10,213 bases of DNA from a virus (lineage: Duplodnaviria; Heunggongvirae; Uroviricota; Caudoviricetes): the IMG/VR virus record IMGVR_UViG_2700988907_000001, one strand, 5' to 3'. The notes under the pieces were generated by a model. That model made no database searches and had not been told where the DNA came from. It worked only from the letters and a program-made list of their open reading frames with translations. Position numbers and translations under genes: made by a program. Shown piece after piece: positions 1 through 5,665 of the stretch; within the stretch, counting starts at the first letter, position 1, and each line of letters begins with the position of its first letter.

Positions 1-21
1 AATGCACGTTATTGTTACATA

Positions 22-27
22 TATAAT
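22..27 (+). promoter_or_regulatory. Possible sigma-A -10 box (TATAAT) inside the inverted repeat TTACAT/ATGTAA (15-20/26-31)
   Basis: Perfect TATAAT about 65 nt upstream of the first ORF. The -35 position would fall at the window edge and cannot be assessed. The region is AT-rich, so chance is possible. Confidence 0.3.
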
Positions 28-90
28 GTAAAGGGTTTTATACATATAAAAAAGGAAATTGTCATCTTTCTTAAATAGGAAGGTGTAAAA

Positions 91-216
91 ATGACAAGCA
101 ATCCAAAATGCTCTAATTGTAACGGGCAAACTAAACATATAGACACAGACGAATACGAATGTGTTTATTGCGGTTGTGTTCTTGATGAATATGGAGATGT
201 TATTCATGAGATATAA
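91..216 (+). CDS. 41-aa zinc-ribbon mini-protein (not in ORF track)
   Basis: Manual translation: MTSNPKCSNCNGQTKHIDTDEYECVYCGCVLDEYGDVIHEI*. It has CxxC-x13-CxxC and RBS AGGAAGGTG at 77-85. The stop overlaps the HNH start (ATG 206). Confidence 0.75.
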   Translation: MTSNPKCSNCNGQTKHIDTDEYECVYCGCVLDEYGDVIHEI

Positions 217-607
217 AGTTTGTTCACATTGTGGCAGAAGATACGATGCAAACAAACAATGTATTTGTCAAGTAAATAATTCAAATGAATATAGTAAAAA
301 ATATTATGAACAAAACAAAGAACGTAAAAAACAATTAAACAATAAGCGTTGGAAAACTTTAAGAGAGAGAATTATTAAAAGAGACGGTGGAATGTGTAAC
401 AGATGTTGGGTAAGTCTTAATGTTATAGAAACAAAAGATTTACAAGTACACCATATCAAACCACGTTCTGAATATCCGGAACTAATGTACGACCCAAACA
501 ACTTAATAACAGTTTGTAAAACATGTAACCTTGCGTTAGGAACAAAAGGTAGCTTAGATTGGGAAGTACAAAAGTTTAATGAAGATATTGACGAACCAAG
601 ATTATAA
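206..607 (+). CDS. Packaging-associated HNH endonuclease (HK97 gp74-like); likely start is ATG 206 rather than GTG 161
   Basis: N-terminal CxxC (CSHC), RWKTLRERIIKRDGGMCNRC, VHHIKP...NNLITVCKTCN HNH core, position directly upstream of terS, and GGAG RBS at 193-196 before MRYKVC. Confidence 0.88.
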   Translation: MRYKVCSHCGRRYDANKQCICQVNNSNEYSKKYYEQNKERKKQLNNKRWKTLRERIIKRDGGMCNRCWVSLNVIETKDLQVHHIKPRSEYPELMYDPNNLITVCKTCNLALGTKGSLDWEVQKFNEDIDEPRL

Positions 608-625
608 ATAAGGAGGGAAAAGGTA

Positions 626-1135
626 ATGTCAAGAGGTAGACCGAAAGCGCCAGCTCAACTTGTAGACCCAAGCAAGAATCACAGATATAATAAATCTCAA
701 GTTGAACAAATGAAAAAATCAGAAGATGAATTAAAAGGCAAGTCTGAAAAAGTATCTGACATTCCGGAGTACCTATCAGACCTAGCTAAAGAATACTACT
801 CTTTCATAGTTAATGAAATGGAAGTAAGTGGTGTTTTAAGTAATCTTGATATTCCAGTGGTTGTTCAGATTTCAGAAACGTTAGCGATTATAAGAAAATG
901 TGATGCTGATATTCAATCAGACGGATTGTGGTATTATGAACCAGATAGAAATGGTAGAAATATTAAAAAGAAAAACCCTTCTGTCGATATTAGAGATAAA
1001 GCACTTAATCAATTTAAACAACTGGCTGTTCAATTAGGTATGACACCGTCATCAAGAAGTAGTTTAGCAGCAGCTAATATAGAAAAGCAAGAAAAAGAAG
1101 AAGACCCATTATTAAAAGTTCTTAATCAAAAATAA
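626..1135 (+). CDS. terS: Phage terminase small subunit, P27 family
   Basis: N-terminal GRPK, P.YLS..AKEYY, KKNPSV and C-terminal QLGMTPSSR motifs typical of P27-family TerS. RBS AAGGAGG at 610-616. Confidence 0.9.
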   Translation: MSRGRPKAPAQLVDPSKNHRYNKSQVEQMKKSEDELKGKSEKVSDIPEYLSDLAKEYYSFIVNEMEVSGVLSNLDIPVVVQISETLAIIRKCDADIQSDGLWYYEPDRNGRNIKKKNPSVDIRDKALNQFKQLAVQLGMTPSSRSSLAAANIEKQEKEEDPLLKVLNQK

Positions 1136-1233
1136 TATAAGACCGTCATTTGATTGTAAAAGACTACGGGCACTAAGTCAATTAGGTTTAAAGGTGTCCA
1201 TATACATAAAAATCTTGAAAGGATGTTTTTCCC

Positions 1234-2742
1234 ATGTCATTCTTAGAAAATTTAATTAATGAAGATAACAAAACAGTTACAACTAACGGAGAAAATGGTT
1301 ATAAATCAACTTTAAGTGGTATTTTAGATTTATCAACTGAAATTGGTAATAGTAGATTTTTAGATATAGATAATTTAACAGACTTAATAATTAAAGCAAG
1401 AGATGAAGATTTTTTATTATATTCTAAATTAATCGCATATGCAAGAGACGTTCGTCAAGGCGGAGGAGACAAACGTTTAGGTCGTTTAGGTTTTGTTGAT
1501 ATATTTGACAATATTAGTATAAATAAAATTCCGTTTTTAGTTACTTTAATATCAGAGTACGGAAGTTACAAAGATGTGGTTCTTTTATTGTTAGCGCCAG
1601 TTAGAAACAAGGATAAAAAGAGAGTATTAGCACAACATTTAAATAATATCTTAGATTCAGATGATACCAATGAACAAGTTAGTTTATTAGCTAAATATAT
1701 GCCAACAGAAACTACTAAAGATGAAGACATGAAATTTGCATATAGAGAATTTATGAAGTATGTAGATATTACACCTAAAGAATATCGTAAAAGAAACACA
1801 CGAATCAGAAAGAAACTAGACATTGTAGAAACTAAGTTAACTGAAAAACGTTATGAAGATATTGACTATTCTCGTGTTCCGTCACAAGCTAATTTGAAAT
1901 ATAGAGACGCTTTTATTAGAAATGACAAAGAGCGTTACACAGATTATTTAGAAAAAGTAGATTCTGGAGAAGAAAAAATAAATAGCGGAACTCTCGCTCC
2001 TTATCAAATTGTAGACAAAGTGCGTTATAGTAATAGTTCTTCATTAAATACTCTATGGAATAATATTCCTGCGCCAACTAACAACGGATTAGAGATTCTA
2101 CCTGTAGTTGACGTTTCTGGTTCTATGTATGGACTACCAATGGACGTAGCAGTTTCTTTAGGAATATTTTTATCAGAACATAACAAAGGTCAATTTAAAG
2201 ACCATTTTATCACATTCTCTAATGAACCAGAATTGAAAAAAATTAAAGGTAATACTATTCGTGATAAAGTATCTAGTGTTGAATCTTCTAATTGGGGTAT
2301 GAATACAGATTTAGAAAAAACATTTGATTTAATATTAAAAACAGCAATTAACAATGATTTAACACAAGAAGAGTTACCAAAATCATTACTTATTATTTCA
2401 GATATGCAATTTGACGAAGCTACAACTGGTGGTTTTTTCGCATCAGATGTACCAAAACCAGATGACACATTCTTTGAAAAAATGAAACATAAGTTTAAAC
2501 AACATGGATATAAATTACCGTTTATAGTATTTTGGAATGTAGGATATGGTAACACTAAACCTGTAGTTAAAACAACTAAAAATACAATTTTAGTATCTGG
2601 TTTTAGTCAAAACATATTTAACAGTATTTGTAATCTAGACCTAGATGATTTAGAAAAATATACACCACTTAAAGCATTATTAGAAATTTTAGAATCAGAT
2701 AGATATAAAGCGATAGAGGGCTTATATCAAACAACGGATTAA
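1234..2742 (+). CDS. TROVE/Ro60-related protein with C-terminal vWA domain (DUF2828-like)
   Basis: N-terminal TTNGENGYKST, ARDVRQGGG, LAKYMP, IDYSRVPSQA, KINSGTLAPYQIV. vWA MIDAS VVDVSGSM, plus ISDMQFD, IVFWNV and VSGFS. These match the DUF2828/TROVE-vWA pattern from memory. RBS AAAGGA at 1218-1223. Confidence 0.82.
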   Translation: MSFLENLINEDNKTVTTNGENGYKSTLSGILDLSTEIGNSRFLDIDNLTDLIIKARDEDFLLYSKLIAYARDVRQGGGDKRLGRLGFVDIFDNISINKIPFLVTLISEYGSYKDVVLLLLAPVRNKDKKRVLAQHLNNILDSDDTNEQVSLLAKYMPTETTKDEDMKFAYREFMKYVDITPKEYRKRNTRIRKKLDIVETKLTEKRYEDIDYSRVPSQANLKYRDAFIRNDKERYTDYLEKVDSGEEKINSGTLAPYQIVDKVRYSNSSSLNTLWNNIPAPTNNGLEILPVVDVSGSMYGLPMDVAVSLGIFLSEHNKGQFKDHFITFSNEPELKKIKGNTIRDKVSSVESSNWGMNTDLEKTFDLILKTAINNDLTQEELPKSLLIISDMQFDEATTGGFFASDVPKPDDTFFEKMKHKFKQHGYKLPFIVFWNVGYGNTKPVVKTTKNTILVSGFSQNIFNSICNLDLDDLEKYTPLKALLEILESDRYKAIEGLYQTTD

Positions 2743-2748
2743 TTTCCG

Positions 2749-2985
2749 TTGATACATATTAAAGACACTTACAGCAATCTTATTAATTCAATTTTACGGC
2801 TATTTAAAATGATTATGTGTCTTGTTTATCTTATACAAAAGTCTCTTACAGCAAACTTTATTAAACATTTTTAAAAGATATAATACTATGTTGAGACTTG
2901 TTTATATTTTGAAAAGGACGTACAGCAAATTATTATTAAAAAAACATGGGAACGTTTTTCAAATTGTCCTTTGATACATATTAAA
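2749..2985 (+). repeat. Perfect 15-bp direct repeat TTGATACATATTAAA (2749-2763 and 2971-2985) bracketing the array
   Basis: Read directly; the two copies are 222 bp apart. Confidence 0.9.
2762..2972 (+). ncRNA. Tandem array of three structured ~60-nt units (period 74-77 nt) with invariant TACAGCAA; putative small RNAs
   Basis: Unit 1 AAGACAC(2762-2768)/GTGTCTT(2817-2823); unit 2 AAGTCTC(2839-2845)/GAGACTT(2893-2899); unit 3 AAAGGAC(2913-2919)/GTCCTTT(2966-2972). TACAGCAA at 2770, 2847 and 2921, each followed within 2-4 nt by TTATTAA. Confidence 0.8.
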
Positions 2986-2987
2986 TC

Positions 2988-3020
2988 TTTGTATGCTTAT
3001 ACAAACATCTCTCTTTTTCT
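2988..3020 (+). terminator. Possible weak terminator or processing hairpin after the array
   Basis: TTTGTAT-GCTT-ATACAAA (2988-3005) followed by pyrimidine-rich CATCTCTCTTTTTCT. The stem is AT-rich, so termination is uncertain. Confidence 0.3.
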
Positions 3021-3064
3021 GACCTTAGAGGGGTGTTCGTATAAGTATATAAAGAAAGGTCAGA
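3006..3064 (+). promoter_or_regulatory. RBS-sequestering structure (hairpin or H-type pseudoknot) before the NUMOD4-HNH gene
   Basis: TCTGACCTT(3018-3026) pairs with AAGGTCAGA(3056-3064), which contains the SD. CATCTCTCT(3006-3014) pairs with AGAGGGGTG(3027-3035). Confidence 0.6.
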
Positions 3065-3070
3065 TTAAAA

Positions 3071-3637
3071 ATGAAAGAAATTTGGAAAGATATTCCTAAT
3101 TATGAAGGATATTATCAAATTAGTAGTTTAGGAAGAGTTAAAAGTTTAGAAAGACATATTGTTTATAAAGATGGCAGAGAAAGAACTTATCCTAGTGTAA
3201 TAATTTCTAATAGAGTCGGTACCAATGGTATGGAATTATGTACTTTGACTAAAAACAATAGAAAAAAGAATATAGAAATTCATAGAATGGTTTCTATTGT
3301 TTTTATAGGAGATTGTCCTAAAGGGTATGATATATGTCATATTGATGGTAATTGCTTAAATAACAATATTAATAATTTAAAATATGACACTCGTTCAGAA
3401 AATAGAATAGATAATTATAGATATGGCGGAAAAGCAAGTACAGGAAAATTAAATATAAAACAAGTATTAGAAATAAGACATAAATATAAACATGAAAAAT
3501 ATACTTATAAACAATTATCTGATATTTATGATATTGGGATAACGCAAATAGGTAGAATAATAAGAAGAGAAGCATATACTTGGTTAAATGATAATGGAGA
3601 AATAGAAAAATCTTTAACAGAAATTAAATCTTGTTAA
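3071..3637 (+). CDS. Free-standing NUMOD4-HNH homing endonuclease with C-terminal HTH
   Basis: NUMOD4 start EIWKDIPNYEGYYQISSLGRVKS, HNH core IHRMV...ICHIDGNCLNNNINNL, C-terminal GKLNIKQVLEIR...YKQLSDIYDIGITQIGRIIR. Confidence 0.9.
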   Translation: MKEIWKDIPNYEGYYQISSLGRVKSLERHIVYKDGRERTYPSVIISNRVGTNGMELCTLTKNNRKKNIEIHRMVSIVFIGDCPKGYDICHIDGNCLNNNINNLKYDTRSENRIDNYRYGGKASTGKLNIKQVLEIRHKYKHEKYTYKQLSDIYDIGITQIGRIIRREAYTWLNDNGEIEKSLTEIKSC

Positions 3638-3656
3638 AAAAGGAGATTGTTTTTGA

Positions 3657-4835
3657 ATGAATGAATACATTAAAAAAACAGAAGAGAGCATTACAGCTTA
3701 TTCTATCAGATTATATAAAAATAGAGCAACTTACGGTTTAACATTTCAAGAAATTGGAGATTTATTAAACGAAGTTTCTGGAGAGAATCATAGCGAAGCA
3801 AAGTGGCGAAGACCTATTCAAAGCTACTTACAAATTCAAGAATACTTAGAACAAGAGAACCCAGCAGGATTAACTTCCGACCAATTAGAAGAAATCCAAT
3901 CAAAGAAATTGGAACTTGAAAAAGAAAAAATAAAAATGAGAGACCAAAAACGTGAAATGCGTAACACTCTTAGACAAATGGCTCGTTTAGAACATTTAGT
4001 AGATTATGTTGAATCTGCAACAGAAACATTAGAACCATTTGAGTTACCTGTAGAAAGCAAAGATAAAACTAATGATAGTGAAGCTATGGTAGTTATTTCC
4101 GATTGGCATTTAGGAATGAATATAGATAGCCAATTTAATAGATTTAACGAAGATGTAGCACGATACAGAATCACTAAGTTAAAGCAGAAAACATATGAAA
4201 AAGTAATTAAAGACGACATACAGAGATTGCATATAGCTAACTTAGGTGATTTAATTCATGGTGCTATACATGTGTCAACTAGAATACAAAGTGAAGAAGA
4301 TGTTATTCAGCAAGTTATAAGAGCTTCTGAATATCTGAAAGACTTTATTGGAGATTTCTTGAAATTAGGCATTGATATTAAGTATTATAATGTTATAGGA
4401 AATCATGGTCGTGTATCTCCTAACAAACAAGATGTGGCAGGAATAGAAGAAAACTTTGAAAAACTTATTCTAACTATATTAGATACGGCATTTAGTTCTC
4501 AATTAAATTATACGTCTTTTGATTCTAAAGACGGTCTTATTGAAACTACAATAAAAGGACGTAAAGGTGTTCTAGTACACGGAGATTATGATAAAGGCGC
4601 AAGTATTGTTGCTAAATTACCACAACTATTAGGATATGTTCCAGATTTTGTTATAGGTGGACATTTTCATAGAGAATCAATTATGGACTATGGTAAGACG
4701 ACATGTATTACTAATGGTTCTTTATGTGGTAGTGATGATTATGCAATACAAATGAGATTAGGTGGAAAACCTAGCCAAAAATACTTAACTTTCACTGATG
4801 AAGGTATTGAAGAAAATAATACGATTTATTTATAA
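3657..4835 (+). CDS. Calcineurin-like metallophosphoesterase with N-terminal HTH-like and coiled-coil region
   Basis: Five family motifs in order: SDWHLG, LGDLIHG, IGNHG, VHGD, GHFH. N-terminus LTFQEIGDLLN is followed by an E/K/R-rich helix. RBS AAGGAG at 3640-3645. Confidence 0.88.
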   Translation: MNEYIKKTEESITAYSIRLYKNRATYGLTFQEIGDLLNEVSGENHSEAKWRRPIQSYLQIQEYLEQENPAGLTSDQLEEIQSKKLELEKEKIKMRDQKREMRNTLRQMARLEHLVDYVESATETLEPFELPVESKDKTNDSEAMVVISDWHLGMNIDSQFNRFNEDVARYRITKLKQKTYEKVIKDDIQRLHIANLGDLIHGAIHVSTRIQSEEDVIQQVIRASEYLKDFIGDFLKLGIDIKYYNVIGNHGRVSPNKQDVAGIEENFEKLILTILDTAFSSQLNYTSFDSKDGLIETTIKGRKGVLVHGDYDKGASIVAKLPQLLGYVPDFVIGGHFHRESIMDYGKTTCITNGSLCGSDDYAIQMRLGGKPSQKYLTFTDEGIEENNTIYL

Positions 4836-4847
4836 AAATGACCTTAC

Positions 4848-4881
4848 GGGACAACTCATTTGAGAATGTCCCTTTTACTTT
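4848..4881 (+). terminator. Likely intrinsic terminator after the phosphoesterase gene
   Basis: GGGACA(4848-4853)/TGTCCC(4867-4872) with inner CTC/GAG pairing, followed by TTTTACTTT. Confidence 0.6.
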
Positions 4882-4983
4882 GTTAAAATTACTTTTACTT
4901 ATATTGGGATAATTAACGTGATTATCTTTGCGTCTAAAAGCCAATAAGACAAAATGGCGACTATATAGATAAGAGTATTTTTA

Positions 4984-5054
4984 AGAGGGTAAAACCTCTA
5001 TTTCCTTATTCATATTCATTCATAATAATTTCTCCGAGAGGGCTTTGCCCTCTT
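4984..5054 (+). ncRNA. Candidate small antisense-type RNA element between two hairpins
   Basis: AGAGG/CCTCT hairpin (4984-4999), then a segment complementary to the phosphoesterase RBS and start, then the GC-rich hairpin GAGAGGGC-TTT-GCCCTCTT (5036-5054). Confidence 0.4.
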
Positions 5055-5063
5055 GATGATTAA

Positions 5064-5137
5064 CAGAATGTAGTTCAATTTGGTAGAATACCACATTTGG
5101 GATGTGGTGGTTGTTGGTTCAAATCCAGCCATTCTGA
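5064..5137 (+). tRNA. tRNA-Pro (anticodon UGG), CCA not encoded
   Basis: Acceptor CAGAATG/CATTCTG, D arm GTTC-AATTTGGTA-GAAT, anticodon arm CCACA-TTTGGGA-TGTGG (TGG at 5098-5100), T arm GTTGG-TTCAAAT-CCAGC. C1-G72 and A73 fit Pro identity. Confidence 0.95.
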
Positions 5138-5164
5138 TATTGATTTTATTGTTTTACAGAAACA

Positions 5165-5605
5165 GAAACAGTCGATTGGTTTTGTCATTTACCCAAGTGT
5201 TATCATAAGACAAAAATGTCAACTGTCTTTTTAGAGTAGTCACTGTTTCACAGTATAAAATGATAACTTTTTTAGATGGCTACATATACATAATAAAATG
5301 TGGATTTCATGTCCACCTATCCTAACTCTGAGACTGTGAGATAGTAACTTAAACTAGCTATTTAAGTGAATGGAGAGATAGGTTAAAAACTAGATTCTCA
5401 ATGTGGCTTATTGAGTGCTTTGTTGCTATAGAAAAATAGTAATGAAAGAACAAAGGGTAGTTTTGAATGGTTTGAGCCCTTTATACATATATGTCTGCTC
5501 TGCGGAGTATTGAGAGTGAAATCTTTATGGAAGAGGAAACTCGAACTCACTCTAGTTCTTTTAAGTAGAACAAAGGCATTGGTTTGAATCCAATGTAAGA
5601 GTGAG
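5165..5605 (+). ncRNA. Large structured ncRNA candidate (GOLLD/ROOL-type giant phage RNA or a new class)
   Basis: About 440 nt with no ORF in the track, directly after a tRNA, with many helices: GAAACAGT/ACTGTTTC, TTTTGTC/GACAAAA, GTTATCAT/ATGATAAC, TCACAGT/ACTGTGA, ACCTATC/GATAGGT, ACTTAAA/TTTAAGT, CTCAAT/ATTGAG, CTTTGTT/AACAAAG, a GAG-GAAA-CTC tetraloop and CTCACTCT/AGAGTGAG. Family not verified. Confidence 0.65.
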
Positions 5606-5616
5606 ATTACATAATT

Positions 5617-5645
5617 TTGACTTTTATTAATATGTATGTTATTAT
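5617..5645 (+). promoter_or_regulatory. Sigma-A-type promoter with extended -10, upstream of the GIY-YIG gene and terL
   Basis: TTGACT (5617-5622), 17-nt spacer, TG at 5637-5638, TATTAT (5640-5645). Confidence 0.65.
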
Positions 5646-5665
5646 TTAATAAAGGAGTAATTAAT

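Noticed and set aside
161-205. N-terminal extension of the HNH ORF as given in the track (GTG 161)
   Set aside because: No RBS, it overlaps the better-supported Zn-ribbon ORF, and ATG 206 has a GGAG RBS.
608-625. cos site between HNH and terS
   Set aside because: The gap is only 18 nt and is taken up by the terS RBS. No cos-like sequence can be supported here or elsewhere in the window.
2762-2972. CRISPR array or type III toxin-antitoxin antitoxin array
   Set aside because: Only 8 nt plus a 7-nt AT word are identical between units, there is no repeat-spacer structure and no cas gene. Type III antitoxin repeats are near-identical and precede a ToxN/CptN/TenpN-type RNase, which is not seen here.
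4880-4980. Promoter for the tRNA and ncRNA region
   Set aside because: Candidates (TG-G-GATAAT at 4905-4913; TTGCGT-16-CAAAAT at 4928-4955) are poor matches in AT-rich DNA.
5006-5023. Minus-strand peptide MNEYE as a real gene
   Set aside because: Five codons only; better explained as the mirror of the complementarity to the phosphoesterase start reported above.
5636-5665. Upstream start of the GIY-YIG ORF
   Set aside because: This segment holds the -10 box and the RBS for ATG 5666.
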